Assembly (NCBI GenBank): GCA_965221775.1
Contig: CBDCSU010000006.1
Coordinates: forward strand, 1,792,001-1,856,000
Reading direction: 5' to 3'
From: Candidatus Latescibacterota bacterium
GTDB taxonomy: Bacteria > Latescibacterota > UBA2968 > UBA8231
Length of the DNA stretch: 64,000 bases
Shown here in pieces: positions 20,178-30,580 of the stretch. Both the position numbers and the translations under genes were made by a program. Each line of letters opens with the position of its first letter. The first letter of the stretch is position 1. The notes under the pieces were generated by a model that was not told the DNA's origin, searched no databases, and was given only the letters and a program-made list of their open reading frames with translations.

Positions 20178-22652
20178 ATGCCAGAACCACGCGACCCCCG
20201 CATCATCCCGGTGAAAATCGAGGAGGAGCTGAAGACCTCCTTCCTCGACTACGCCATGAGCGCCATCACGGCCCGGGCCCTGCCGGACGTGCGCGACGGC
20301 CTGAAGCCGTCCCAGCGCCGCATCCTGGTGGCCATGAACGACCTCAACCTGGCCCCGGGCCGCGGCTTCCGGAAGTGCGCCAAGATCTCCGGCGACACCT
20401 CCGGCAACTACCATCCACACGGGGACGAGGGCGTGTACGCCACCCTCGTGCACCTGGCGCAGGACTTCCGGCTGCGGTACCCCCTCGTCGACGGCCAGGG
20501 CAACTTCGGATCCATCGACGGTTACCCCCCGGCGGCCATGCGCTACACCGAGGCGCGCATGACGTCGGCCACCGTCGAGATGCTCGCGGAGCTCGACCGC
20601 GATACCGTCGACATGGTCGACAACTACGACGAGACGCGCACCGAGCCCTCCGTCCTGCCGTCCCGGTTCCCAAACCTGCTGTGCAATGGATCGGTGGGCA
20701 TCTCCGTGGCCTACGCCACCAAGATCCCACCGCACAACGTCACGGAGGTCTGCGACGCCCTCACGGCGCTGATCGACGATCCGGAGATGACCATCGACGC
20801 CTTGATGGAGCACATCAAGGCCCCCGACTTCCCCACCGGCGGGGTGATTCACGGCATGGCCGGCGTTCGCCGCGCCTACCGGACGGGCCAGGGGATCGTC
20901 CAGCTCCGAGCGCGCACGCACGTGGAGGAGCAGCGCGACGGCAGGGAGCGGATCATCGTCACCGAGATCCCCTTCCTCGTCGACAAGTCGACGCTGCTGG
21001 AGAAGATGGCCGATCTCGTGCGCAACAAGGTGGTGGAGGATATCTCCAACCTGCGCGACGAGTCGGGCAGGGACGGGCTGCGCATCGTGATCGAGCTGAA
21101 GCGCGGCGCCCAGAGCGAAGTCGTCCTCAACCAGTTGTTCAGCCACTCCATGTTGCAGCAGAACTTCGGGGTCAATGCCATCGCCATCGTCGACGGCCGG
21201 CCCAAGACGCTCAACCTGAAGAGGCTGTGCGAGCACTACCTCGCCCACCGCCACGAGGTCGTGCTGCGGCGCACCCGGTTCGACCTGTCCAGGGCCGAGG
21301 CGCGCGCCCATCTCCTGGAGGGCCTGCGCGTGGCCCTCGACAATATCGACGCGGTCATCGAGTTGATCCGCAGCTCGGCGGACCCCGGGGAGGCGCGCGG
21401 GCGGCTCATGGCGGGCTTTGCGCTTTCCGAGATCCAGGCGAGCGCCATCCTGTCCATGCCGCTCCAGCGGCTCACCGGACTGGAGCGGGACAAGATCGAG
21501 GCCGAGTACCAGGAGTTGCAGGAAGCGATCGGGCACTTCCGGGCCGTTCTCGACAGCCGCGACCTGCAGATGGGCATCCTCAAGGAGGAGCTGTCAGAGG
21601 TCCGGGAGCGCTTCGGTGACGATCGGCGCACCGAGATCGTCTACTCCGCGGAGGAATTCGACGTGGAGGATCTCATCCCTCGAGAGGACATGGTGGTGAC
21701 CATTTCCCGGGAGGGCTACGTCAAGCGCATGTCCCCGAGCTCCTACCGCACCCAGCACCGGGGGGGAAGGGGCGTCACCGGCATGCGGACCAAGGAAGAG
21801 GACTTCGTGGAGCGGCTGTTCATCGCCTCCACGCACTCCTACATCCTGTTCCTCACGGCTCGCGGGCAGTGCCATTGGCTCAAGGTCTACCGCATCCCCG
21901 AAGGGGAGCGGACCGCCCGGGGACGGCCGCTGGTCAACCTGCTGCAACTGGACCCGGGGGACGAGGTGCGCGCCGTGGTCCCGGTGGATGAGTTCACCGA
22001 GGACCGGTTCCTGTTCACGGCAACCCGGAAGGGCGTGGTGAAGAAGACGGTCCTGTCCGCGTACGGCAACGTGCGCCGGGACGGGATCATCGCCCTGAAG
22101 ATCCAGGACGACGACGACCTGATCGGCGCAGGCCTGGTGGAGTCAGGGCAGGACGTGCTGCTGGCTACGCGGCAGGGCATGGCCGTGCGGTTCTCCGAGA
22201 AGGATGTCCGAGCCATGGGGCGGGTCTCCACGGGGGTTAAGGGCATCGACCTGAGGGGCGCCGACGAGGTGGTGGAGATGGTTGTTCTGGGCGATCGGGG
22301 AACCGTCCTCACGGTCAGTGAGAACGGTTACGGCAAGCGCACGGAGTGCTCGGAGTACCCGCGGCGCCGCCGGGGCGGCATGGGGGTGATCGACATCAAG
22401 ACCAGCGACCGCAACGGCGCCGTCGTGTCCTGCAAGCAGGTCGACGACGACGACGAGGTGATGGTGATCACCCAGCAGGGGATCATGATCCGGGTGCCCG
22501 TGCAGGGGATCTCCTGCATCGGTCGGAACACCCAGGGAGTGCGGGTGATCAGCGTCGACGATGGAGACCGGGTCATCGACATGACCCGCATCGTCGGCGA
22601 GGAGGCGGAAGGCGGCAACGCTGAAGAAGGGGGCAACGGCCAGCTCGGATGA
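20178..22652 (+). CDS. gyrA: DNA gyrase subunit A
   Basis: RALPDVRDGLKP, YHPHG, AAMRYTEAR (catalytic Tyr), GyrA-box QHRGGRG, CTD blade repeats. Confidence 0.98.
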   Translation: MPEPRDPRIIPVKIEEELKTSFLDYAMSAITARALPDVRDGLKPSQRRILVAMNDLNLAPGRGFRKCAKISGDTSGNYHPHGDEGVYATLVHLAQDFRLRYPLVDGQGNFGSIDGYPPAAMRYTEARMTSATVEMLAELDRDTVDMVDNYDETRTEPSVLPSRFPNLLCNGSVGISVAYATKIPPHNVTEVCDALTALIDDPEMTIDALMEHIKAPDFPTGGVIHGMAGVRRAYRTGQGIVQLRARTHVEEQRDGRERIIVTEIPFLVDKSTLLEKMADLVRNKVVEDISNLRDESGRDGLRIVIELKRGAQSEVVLNQLFSHSMLQQNFGVNAIAIVDGRPKTLNLKRLCEHYLAHRHEVVLRRTRFDLSRAEARAHLLEGLRVALDNIDAVIELIRSSADPGEARGRLMAGFALSEIQASAILSMPLQRLTGLERDKIEAEYQELQEAIGHFRAVLDSRDLQMGILKEELSEVRERFGDDRRTEIVYSAEEFDVEDLIPREDMVVTISREGYVKRMSPSSYRTQHRGGRGVTGMRTKEEDFVERLFIASTHSYILFLTARGQCHWLKVYRIPEGERTARGRPLVNLLQLDPGDEVRAVVPVDEFTEDRFLFTATRKGVVKKTVLSAYGNVRRDGIIALKIQDDDDLIGAGLVESGQDVLLATRQGMAVRFSEKDVRAMGRVSTGVKGIDLRGADEVVEMVVLGDRGTVLTVSENGYGKRTECSEYPRRRRGGMGVIDIKTSDRNGAVVSCKQVDDDDEVMVITQQGIMIRVPVQGISCIGRNTQGVRVISVDDGDRVIDMTRIVGEEAEGGNAEEGGNGQLG

Positions 22653-22704
22653 GGCTGGCCCTGCGGCAGCTGGCCCTGGGCCTATCTCCTTGTAAATAAA
22701 GCGG

Positions 22705-22733
22705 TTGACGTTAGAAACCCGGGGTTGTATATT
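22705..22733 (+). promoter_or_regulatory. Promoter of the tRNA cluster
   Basis: TTGACG-N17-TATATT, A-rich upstream element, GC-rich discriminator. Confidence 0.75.
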
Positions 22734-22766
22734 CCTCCCGCGTTGCCGGCCGGGGGCTATGCCTGT

Positions 22767-22853
22767 GGAGGGCTAGACCTAATTGGTAAGGCAGCGGTCT
22801 TGAAAACCGCCGGGTTCACACCCTTGAGGGTTCGAGTCCCTCGCCCTCCGCCA
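22767..22853 (+). tRNA. tRNA-Ser(UGA)
   Basis: Acceptor GGAGGGC/GCCCTCC, anticodon arm GCGGT-CTTGAAA-ACCGC, variable arm, T-arm GAGGG-TTCGAGT-CCCTC, encoded GCCA. Confidence 0.93.
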
Positions 22854-22878
22854 GAAACGACTGCGGTTCGTGCGCCTT

Positions 22879-22970
<92 letters not shown>

Positions 22971-22983
22971 GATCTCTCAGTGA

Positions 22984-23057
22984 TGCCCTCTCGTTCAATG
23001 GTAGGACACATGACTCTGGATCATGTTATCGGGGTTCGAATCCCTGGGGGGCAGCCA
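22984..23057 (+). tRNA. tRNA-Gln(CUG)
   Basis: TGCCCTC...GGGGGCAGCCA, anticodon arm CATGA-CTCTGGA-TCATG, GGTTCGAATCC. Confidence 0.94.
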
Positions 23058-23060
23058 TCG

Positions 23061-23123
23061 GCGTCACGTTCGTGACGCTCTTCAGCGTCCCCGGAGCCGC
23101 TCGCTCCGGGGACGCTTCCATTT
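23061..23123 (+). terminator. Tandem hairpins after the tRNA cluster (terminator)
   Basis: GCGTCAC-N4-GTGACGC, then 14-bp stem AGCGTCCCCGGAGC-N5-GCTCCGGGGACGCT followed by TCCATTT. Confidence 0.65.
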
Positions 23124-23127
23124 CGGA

Positions 23128-24261
23128 TTGACAGGCCGGCGCAACGAAACCCTCCTGGCGTGGGCGCTGATGTCCCCGGCGCTGCTCGTGCTGGGGCTGT
23201 TCGGGCTCTTCCCGATCGGCTATGCCCTGTTCGTCAGTCTGCACCGGTGGAGGATCAAGCGGGAGGCTTTCGTCGGGTGGCGGCACTATGAGCGTGCCCT
23301 CGGTGAGCCTCAGTGGATCCTGTGCGCCGTGGCCGGGCTGGCCATCCTGTGGTGCGCCCTGCGTCTGTGGGCCCCGGACCCGCCGGGCCGTCGCCGGGTC
23401 TCTCCGGTGGCAAGGGGCCTCGCCCTGGCGGCGGGGGGGATGTCCCTGCTCGTCGGGCTCCTCGGCTTGTGCGCCAACGGCGACACCCGTCTGATCAACG
23501 CGGTCAAGATCACGGCCTTCTACGCTCTCGGCACGATCCCCTTCGAAGTCGCCGGGGCGATGCTGCTGGCCTACCTGCTGTTCCGGATCCTCACGGCACG
23601 CGGGTTCCTGCGCGTCCTGTTCTTCCTGCCCTACATCACCCCGATGATCGCCACGGCGGTCGTCTTCCGCACGATCTTCAGCCCCAATCCCGGGTCGCTT
23701 GCCAATCGGATCTGGCAGAGTCTGGGCGGCTCGGACCAGGGCTGGCTGTACGAAAGCCGCAGCCTCGCCGCCCTGCTCCTAGGAGCCCTGGGCGCGCCCT
23801 CCTATCCGGCGTGGCTGGATGTGGCCTTCCCCAGCCTGGCCCTCGTCTGCGTATGTCTGTACAACGTTTGGGTATACATCGGCTATGACACCGTGATCCT
23901 GCTGGCGGGCCTGAGCGCGATCCCACGGCACTACTTCGAAGCGGCGGAGATCGACGGCGCCAGTTCCTGGCAGACCTTCCGCCACGTCACCCTGCCCCTG
24001 CTGTCTCCAGCTCTGTTCTTCGTCAGCCTCATCGCCGTCATCGGCACTTTCAAGGCCTTCAACCACATCTACATCATGCGCACCGCCGGGGCCCAGGACA
24101 CGGTGGACGTGGTCAGCATTCTGATCTTTGACCAGATCTACCAGTTTCACAACGCCGGCTATGCCTCGACCCTGGCCCTCGTCCTGTTCGTCGTCATCCT
24201 GGCCCTCACGCTTTTCCAGAATCGGCTGCTCGGACGCCGCGTGTTCTACGGAGAGAACTGA
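23128..24261 (+). CDS. Carbohydrate ABC transporter permease (MalF/UgpA-like)
   Basis: Multiple TM helices, FFLPYITP, EAA motif YFEAAEIDGAS...FRHVTLPLL; start approximate (TTG). Confidence 0.9.
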   Translation: MTGRRNETLLAWALMSPALLVLGLFGLFPIGYALFVSLHRWRIKREAFVGWRHYERALGEPQWILCAVAGLAILWCALRLWAPDPPGRRRVSPVARGLALAAGGMSLLVGLLGLCANGDTRLINAVKITAFYALGTIPFEVAGAMLLAYLLFRILTARGFLRVLFFLPYITPMIATAVVFRTIFSPNPGSLANRIWQSLGGSDQGWLYESRSLAALLLGALGAPSYPAWLDVAFPSLALVCVCLYNVWVYIGYDTVILLAGLSAIPRHYFEAAEIDGASSWQTFRHVTLPLLSPALFFVSLIAVIGTFKAFNHIYIMRTAGAQDTVDVVSILIFDQIYQFHNAGYASTLALVLFVVILALTLFQNRLLGRRVFYGEN

Positions 24262-24302
24262 TCGCTGCCACAGCCGGACAGTACCGCCGGTTTTCCGGCC
24301 CT

Positions 24303-25112
24303 TTGACCACCGCCAGCCTGATCATGGCGGGCGTGCTGGCCGCCCTCCCCTTCGTGTGGATGGTCCTGTCCTCCTTCATGACGCGGGGCGAGACCTTGCG
24401 CCGGGCCGCCCTGCCGGCATCGCTGCAATGGGCGAACTACGCCGTGGCCTGGAGCGAGGAGGACTTCGGTCTATATTTCGTCAATTCCGCGATTATCTCG
24501 GGCCTGGTGGTCGGCGGCACTCTGCTGTTCTCGCTGATGGCTGCCTACCCCTTGGCCCGCATTCGATTCCCCGGCCGCGAGGCGATCTTCGTCGTCATCC
24601 TGGCGACTCTCATGGTGCCGGAGACGGTGACCATGGTGCCGAACTTCCTCACCGTTTCGTGGCTGCACCGGGTCAGCGCGGTGCCTTGGCTCAACAATTG
24701 GCCCGCCCTGACGATTCCCTTCATGACCAGCGCCTTCAGTGTCTTCCTGCTGCGTCAGTTCATGCGCGGGATCCCCGGTGACTTGTGGGAGGCCGCCCGC
24801 ATCGACGGCGCCGGCCACCTGCGCTTTCTGTTTCAGGTGGTGTTGCCCCTGTGCCGGGCCCCCCTGTTGACGGTGGGGATGCTCGCCTTCATCGGCTCGT
24901 GGAACGCCCTCGGCTGGCCGCTGCTGGTGACCAACACCCCGGCATGGCGGCCGATCGCGGTGGGCCTGCAGAAGTTCGTCACCGAGGCCGGCCCGGAGGT
25001 CCACCTGCAGATGGCGGGCGCGGTGATCGCCACGGTGCCCGTCCTGGTGGTCTACGCGCTGGTTCAGAAGGAGTTCACCGAGGGGATCTCCATGTCAGGG
25101 ATGAAGGGATGA
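24303..25112 (+). CDS. Carbohydrate ABC transporter permease (MalG/UgpE-like)
   Basis: PFVWMV, NSAII, FLLRQF, EAARIDGAG, FIGSWN. Confidence 0.9.
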   Translation: MTTASLIMAGVLAALPFVWMVLSSFMTRGETLRRAALPASLQWANYAVAWSEEDFGLYFVNSAIISGLVVGGTLLFSLMAAYPLARIRFPGREAIFVVILATLMVPETVTMVPNFLTVSWLHRVSAVPWLNNWPALTIPFMTSAFSVFLLRQFMRGIPGDLWEAARIDGAGHLRFLFQVVLPLCRAPLLTVGMLAFIGSWNALGWPLLVTNTPAWRPIAVGLQKFVTEAGPEVHLQMAGAVIATVPVLVVYALVQKEFTEGISMSGMKG

Positions 25113-26428
25113 AGCCGACGCACCGCAGATGGTGGATGGTGGCGGTGGCGGGGCTCGCCGCGGGATGCGGCGGCGGGGACGCGCCGGCTCCGGCGGTCGA
25201 CGTGGAGTCGGTCGACCCGCAGGGCCAGGAGGTCGTGTTCTGGTACCAGCACCAGAGGGCACGCGAGCGGGCGCTGAAAGAGATGATCGCCGACTTCAAC
25301 GGGACGAATCCGCACGGAATCCGAGTGCGCGGCGAGTTCGCCGGAAGCTACGGCGACATCTACAACAAGATGGTGGTGGGACTGCAGGGCGGAAACGTGG
25401 CGGACCTCGTGGTGGCCTATCAGAATCAGGCGAGGGAATACCTGCTGGCCGACGGCATCGTCGACCTGATCCCGTACATGACCTCCCCGAGATGGGGGCT
25501 GAGCCAGGCGGCGGCGGCCGACTACGTGGGTGCCTTCCTGCACCAGGACCGCATTGGAGGCCGGCAGATCGCCCTGCCGCCCAACCGCTCGATCGAGGTC
25601 CTCTACTACAACATGGACTGGCTGCGGGAGCTCGGAGCCCCCGGGCCACCGGCGACGTGGGAGGAGTTCGCCCGGATGTGCCGCGCCGCACGGGACCAGC
25701 CCTTCAGCGGCAACCCCGCCGGTGTTCGCAGTCTCGGATTCGTCCTCGAGGAAGATGCGTCCCGGGCCGCGTCGATGACCTTTTCCCGCGGGGGGGATTT
25801 CCTCGATCCCGCGGGCACCTCGTACCGGCTGGACACCCCCGAGATGACCGCCTCCCTGCGGCTGATGCAGGAGCTGGCCACGGAGGGGGCCGTGGCGCTG
25901 ATGGGGGAGGCCTACGGAGATCAGACGGCCTTCAACATCGGCGAGGCACTGTTCATGCTTCGCTCCACCTCGGGGCTGCCCTTCGTGCAGGAGGGAGTGG
26001 CCTCCGGCGCGGACTTCGACTGGGGAGTGGCGGCGCCGCCCCAGGCGGGGCCGGAGCCCGTGGTCAATTTCTACGGCGCCAGCATTTCCGTCTGCCGCAC
26101 GACACCCGAGCGCCAGCTGGCCGCCTGGCTCTTTCTGAAGTGGTTCACCGAGCCGCCGCAGCAGGCCCGTTGGGTGAAGGCGAGCAACTACTTCCCCGCC
26201 CGCAGGAGCACCCGGCGGCTGCTGGCGGACTACCTCGAGCAGAATCCCAGGTACGCCAGCGCCTACCGGCTGCTCGAATACGGCAAGGCGGAGCCGTCCC
26301 TGCCCGGATACGAGGCGGTGCGCCGGCTGATCAGCAGGGCCGTGGTAAAGGCGCTTCAAGGGGCCGATGTGGAGAGCACCCTGAGCCGCCTGCAGCAGGA
26401 AGCCCAGGCAACCCTGCAAGACTACTGA
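25109..26428 (+). CDS. ABC transporter substrate-binding lipoprotein (UgpB-like)
   Basis: Lipobox LAAGC, VLYYNMD, PPATWEE, AAWLFLKW; ATGA overlap with the permease. Confidence 0.88.
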   Translation: MKPTHRRWWMVAVAGLAAGCGGGDAPAPAVDVESVDPQGQEVVFWYQHQRARERALKEMIADFNGTNPHGIRVRGEFAGSYGDIYNKMVVGLQGGNVADLVVAYQNQAREYLLADGIVDLIPYMTSPRWGLSQAAAADYVGAFLHQDRIGGRQIALPPNRSIEVLYYNMDWLRELGAPGPPATWEEFARMCRAARDQPFSGNPAGVRSLGFVLEEDASRAASMTFSRGGDFLDPAGTSYRLDTPEMTASLRLMQELATEGAVALMGEAYGDQTAFNIGEALFMLRSTSGLPFVQEGVASGADFDWGVAAPPQAGPEPVVNFYGASISVCRTTPERQLAAWLFLKWFTEPPQQARWVKASNYFPARRSTRRLLADYLEQNPRYASAYRLLEYGKAEPSLPGYEAVRRLISRAVVKALQGADVESTLSRLQQEAQATLQDY

Positions 26429-26431
26429 CAG

Positions 26432-27838
26432 ATGGGAGCCGTTGAGGAGATGAAGGTGAGAATCGAGTCCGACAGCATGGGGGAGATCGAGGTCCCGTCC
26501 GGCCGCTACTGGGGAGCGCAGACCCAGCGGTCCCTGCAGAATTTCCGCATCGGCACCGACCGCTTCACGAGGGAGATGATTCGGGCCCTCGGGGTGGTCA
26601 AGATGGCGTCGGCCCAGGCCAACGAGGAGCTGGGCACGCTCGACTCGGAGATCGCGGGGCTGATCGACGCGTCGGCCTCCGAGGTGGCCGACGGCACCCT
26701 CGACGACCATTTCCCGCTCGTGGTCTGGCAGACGGGCTCCGGGACCCAGTCGAACATGAACGCCAACGAGGTGATTTCGAACCGGGCCATCGAGATGGCG
26801 GGCGGAAGGATGGGGTCCAAGGATCCCGTGCACCCGAACGACCACGTCAACCGGGGGCAGTCCTCGAACGACGTCTTTCCCACGGCCATGCACATCGCGG
26901 CAGCGGACGCTGTCGAGAACCAGCTCGTCGGAGCGCTCGAGCAGCTGGCGGCCACCATCGAGGCGAAGTCGGCCGCCTACGACGATGTGATCAAGATCGG
27001 GCGCACCCACCTGCAGGACGCGACGCCACTGACGCTGGGCCAGGAGCTGTCCGGCCACGCCCACCAGCTGCGGGAGGGAATCCGGCGCGCGACCCAGGCT
27101 CTGGGGCCGCTCTACAAGCTCGCCCTTGGGGGAACGGCCGTGGGCACCGGACTCAACGCCCACAGGAACTTCGCGGTCACCGTGGCCGGCCGGATCGCCG
27201 AGATCACCGGCCAGCCCTTCGTCACGGCGCCGAACAAGTTCGAATCCTTGGCCGCCCACGACGCCGTGGTCGAGGCCTCGGGCATGCTGCGGACGATCGC
27301 CGGGTCTCTGATGAAGATCGCCAACGATGTCCGCTGGCTGGCCTCGGGGCCCCGGTGCGGAATCGGCGAGATCCGCATTCCTGAGAACGAGCCCGGCTCT
27401 TCCATCATGCCGGGCAAGGTCAACCCGACCCAGTGCGAGGCTCTGACCATGGTCTGCGTGCAGGTGATGGGGAACGACGCCGCCGTCGGGTTCGGCGGCT
27501 CCCAGGGCAACTTCGAGCTGAACGTCTACAAGCCGGTGATGATTCACAACCTGCTGCACTCGTCCCGCCTGCTGACCGACGCCGTGCGCAGCTTCGACGA
27601 ACACTGCGCCACCGGCATCGAGGCCAACCGCGAGCGCATCGACGAGTTGATGCGCGAGTCCCTTATGCTGGTAACGGCCCTGAACCCCCATATCGGTTAC
27701 GACAACGCCGCCAAGGTAGCCAAGAAGGCCTACACCGAAGGCACCACTCTGGTGCAGGCCGCCGTCGAGCTCGGCCTGCTCACCGAGGAGGAGTTCGCCG
27801 AGAAGGTCCGTCCGGAGCGGATGGTCCGTCCTGGGTGA
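26432..27838 (+). CDS. fumC: Class II fumarate hydratase
   Basis: [52 protein letters not shown]. Confidence 0.97.
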   Translation: MGAVEEMKVRIESDSMGEIEVPSGRYWGAQTQRSLQNFRIGTDRFTREMIRALGVVKMASAQANEELGTLDSEIAGLIDASASEVADGTLDDHFPLVVWQTGSGTQSNMNANEVISNRAIEMAGGRMGSKDPVHPNDHVNRGQSSNDVFPTAMHIAAADAVENQLVGALEQLAATIEAKSAAYDDVIKIGRTHLQDATPLTLGQELSGHAHQLREGIRRATQALGPLYKLALGGTAVGTGLNAHRNFAVTVAGRIAEITGQPFVTAPNKFESLAAHDAVVEASGMLRTIAGSLMKIANDVRWLASGPRCGIGEIRIPENEPGSSIMPGKVNPTQCEALTMVCVQVMGNDAAVGFGGSQGNFELNVYKPVMIHNLLHSSRLLTDAVRSFDEHCATGIEANRERIDELMRESLMLVTALNPHIGYDNAAKVAKKAYTEGTTLVQAAVELGLLTEEEFAEKVRPERMVRPG

Positions 27839-27842
27839 GCCG

Positions 27843-29189
27843 ATGCGTCGCCCCAATGTCATCGTGTTCTTTACCGATCAGCAGCGGTGGGACACGACGG
27901 GCCTGCACGGCAATCCTCTCGATCTGACCCCGAACCTCGACCGCGTCGCCCGAGCCCACACCCACGTGGCCCGGTCCTTCACCTGCCAGCCGGTCTGCGG
28001 CCCGGCCCGCGCCTGCCTGCAGACCGGGCTCTACGCCACCACCACGGGCTGCTACCGCAACGGCATCCCCCTGCCCGACGACAGCCGCACCCTGGCCCAC
28101 TACTTCGACGAGGCCGGGTACGACACGAGCTACATCGGCAAGTGGCATCTCTACGGCCGCGAGACCAAGGGCGCCGTCCCGGCGGAGGAGCGCTTCGGCT
28201 ACCGCTACTGGCTGGCCTCCAACACGCTCGAGTTCACCTCAGACGCCTACGACACCGCCATGTACGATGGCGACGGCAAGGAGGTAAAGCTGCCGGGGTA
28301 CCGCGTCGACGCGGTCACCGACGCCGCGATCCGCTACATCGACGGCCGCGCCGGAGAGCCGGATCCATTCTACCTCTTCGTTTCCTACATCGAGCCCCAC
28401 CACCAGAACCACATCGATGACTACCCGGCGCCCGACGGCTACCGCGAACGCTACACCGGTGGATGGGTGCCGCCGGACCTGGCCGCCCTCGGCGGGTCGA
28501 CCCACCGGCACCTGGGGGGCTACTACGGTATGGTGAAGCGTTTGGACGAGGCCTATGGCCGGCTCCTGGACGCGCTGAAGAGCCTGGGCCTGGCCGAGGA
28601 CACGATCGTCCTCTTCACCTCCGACCACGGTAACCACTTCAAAACCCGCAACTCCGAGTACAAGCGCTCCTGCCACGACAGCTCCATCCGGGTGCCCACC
28701 GTGCTCTCAGGACCGGGCTTCCGCGGCGGCGGCCAGGTGCAGGAGCTGGTCAGCCTCATCGACCTTCCGCCCACGCTGCTCGACGCCGCCGGCCTGGAGG
28801 TCCCCGAGGCGATGCAGGGCCGGTCGATCCTGCCTTTGCTGGGGGGGCGCGGACGGGCCGCGGGCTGGCCCGAGGAGGTCTTCGTGCAGATCAGCGAGGC
28901 CCAGACCGGACGGGCGGTGCGCACGGAACGCTGGAAGTACGGTGTCGACGCGCCCGGGGAGCGCGGCCCCTGGGCGGAGCGCTTCGTCGAGCAGTACCTG
29001 TACGACCTGCACGCCGACCCTTGGGAGCTGGTGAACCTCGTCGCCTCCAAGGCGCACCGACCGGTGGCCGAGGAGATGCGCGGCCGACTGATCCGGCGCA
29101 TGGTGCAGGCGGGGGAGCGGGCCCCCGAGGTCGACCCGGCCGAGGCTTCACCCATGGGCCAGCGGCGCGTGCGGCTGCGGCCGGAGTGA
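27843..29189 (+). CDS. Sulfatase (Cys-type, cytoplasmic)
   Basis: RPNVIVFFTDQQRWD, CGPAR (CxPxR), GKWHL, FTSDHG; no signal peptide. Confidence 0.92.
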   Translation: MRRPNVIVFFTDQQRWDTTGLHGNPLDLTPNLDRVARAHTHVARSFTCQPVCGPARACLQTGLYATTTGCYRNGIPLPDDSRTLAHYFDEAGYDTSYIGKWHLYGRETKGAVPAEERFGYRYWLASNTLEFTSDAYDTAMYDGDGKEVKLPGYRVDAVTDAAIRYIDGRAGEPDPFYLFVSYIEPHHQNHIDDYPAPDGYRERYTGGWVPPDLAALGGSTHRHLGGYYGMVKRLDEAYGRLLDALKSLGLAEDTIVLFTSDHGNHFKTRNSEYKRSCHDSSIRVPTVLSGPGFRGGGQVQELVSLIDLPPTLLDAAGLEVPEAMQGRSILPLLGGRGRAAGWPEEVFVQISEAQTGRAVRTERWKYGVDAPGERGPWAERFVEQYLYDLHADPWELVNLVASKAHRPVAEEMRGRLIRRMVQAGERAPEVDPAEASPMGQRRVRLRPE

Positions 29190-29202
29190 GGGTCCCCTGG
29201 CC

Positions 29203-30555
29203 GTGAAGACGGTGAAGTTCGGGGGCAGCTCCCTGGCCACGGCCGGACAGATCCGCAGGGTCGGCGATATTCTGGCCGCCGACGGCGACCGGCGGCTGGT
29301 GGTGGTCAGCGCCCCGGGCAGGAGGGCGGCCGAGGATACCAAGGTCACCGACTTGCTGATCGCCGCCGCAGAGGCCCGGCTCACCCACCGGTCCGGCGAG
29401 GCGGCGCTGACCGAGGCGGTGAACCGGTTCGCAGACCTGGCCAGCGGACTCGGGCTTCCGGCCTCCTGCATGCGCGGAATTGAGCGCGACATGCGCCAAC
29501 GCCTGATGTCCTCCACCGCGGACGAGGGCCTCTATCTGGATTCGATGAAGGCCGCCGGCGAGTGCAACTGCGCCAGACTCGTGGCCGAGTACCTGCGAGG
29601 CCGCGGGCTGGAGGCTCACTTCATCGACCCGCGGGAAGCGGGCCTGATCCTGTCGGCGGAGGCGGGCAACGCCCGGGTCCTGCGCCAGTCCTACGGGAAT
29701 CTGCGCTCGTTACGGGACCGGTCCGGGATCACGGTCTTCCCGGGGTTCTACGGTTACACGGAGTCGGGCCGGCTCGTCACTTTTCCGCGCGGCGGATCCG
29801 ACATCACCGGCGCCATCCTCGCCGCCGCCGTGGGCGCCGACCTCTACGAGAACTTCACCGACGTCGACTCGGTCTTCGCCGCCAGCCCTCGGCTGGTCCC
29901 GGACCCTCGCCCCGTCGGCGAGATCACCTACAGGGAGATGCGGGAGCTCTCCTATGCCGGGTTCTCGGTCTTTCACGACGAGGCCCTGGAGCCGGTGTTC
30001 CACGGCGGGATCCCGGTGGCGGTGAAGAACACCAACAACCCCGACGCCGGGGGTACCCGGATCGTGCCCAGCCGGGTGGTGGAGGGAGCCCCTGTGGCCG
30101 GCATCGCGGCCACCGGCGGCTTCTGCACCGTATACGTCAGCCGCTACCTGATGAACCGTGAGGTCGGTTTCGGCCGCCGGCTTCTGGAGGTCTTCGAGGA
30201 CGAGGCCATCCCTTACGAGCACACCCCTTCCGGAATCGACAACCTGTCCGTCATCGTCCGCGAGGAGTTCTTCGATCACGTCACCGAGGAGCGGGTCCTG
30301 CGCCGCGTGCGCACGGAGCTGGATGCCGACGAGGTCTCGGTGGAGCGCGGGCTGGCGCTGGTGATGGTCGTGGGCGAGGGCATGCGCCACACCATCGGAC
30401 TCGCGGCGAGAACCACGCGGGCCTTCGCGCGGGGCGGGATCAACCTGGAGATGATCAACCAGGGATCGAGTGAGGTGAGCATGATGTTCGGCGTCAAGGA
30501 AGCGGACATGCAGGAGGCTGTGCGGTCCCTGTACGCCGAGTTCTTCCCGGACTGA
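29203..30555 (+). CDS. Aspartate kinase (YclM/AKIII-like, two ACT domains)
   Basis: KFGGSSLA, VVVSAPG, RGGSDITGA, YENFTDVD, TYREMRELSYAGFSV, NQGSSEVS. Confidence 0.92.
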   Translation: MKTVKFGGSSLATAGQIRRVGDILAADGDRRLVVVSAPGRRAAEDTKVTDLLIAAAEARLTHRSGEAALTEAVNRFADLASGLGLPASCMRGIERDMRQRLMSSTADEGLYLDSMKAAGECNCARLVAEYLRGRGLEAHFIDPREAGLILSAEAGNARVLRQSYGNLRSLRDRSGITVFPGFYGYTESGRLVTFPRGGSDITGAILAAAVGADLYENFTDVDSVFAASPRLVPDPRPVGEITYREMRELSYAGFSVFHDEALEPVFHGGIPVAVKNTNNPDAGGTRIVPSRVVEGAPVAGIAATGGFCTVYVSRYLMNREVGFGRRLLEVFEDEAIPYEHTPSGIDNLSVIVREEFFDHVTEERVLRRVRTELDADEVSVERGLALVMVVGEGMRHTIGLAARTTRAFARGGINLEMINQGSSEVSMMFGVKEADMQEAVRSLYAEFFPD

Positions 30556-30580
30556 GAACACCCCCGTTCGAGGCGGGCCC

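Noticed and set aside
22654-22678. Short direct repeat GCTGGCCCTG x2 after gyrA
   Set aside because: Too short and GC-rich to be distinguished from chance.
22767-22853. tRNA with TGA in the anticodon loop as a possible tRNA-Sec or suppressor
   Set aside because: Anticodon UGA decodes Ser UCA. It has a normal 7-bp acceptor stem and G73; tRNA-Sec would need anticodon UCA.
22984-23130. tRNA-Gln 3' end as a genomic-island attachment site
   Set aside because: No integrase and no duplicated tRNA 3' end were seen in the window; downstream genes include housekeeping functions.
25064-27862. 932-aa antisense ORF, and similar long antisense or alternate-frame ORFs (e.g. 1159-2769, 18107-20206, 44321-47077, 59932-61983)
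   Set aside because: These are shadow ORFs of well-supported genes, expected from high GC3 codon bias. They have no recognisable motifs.
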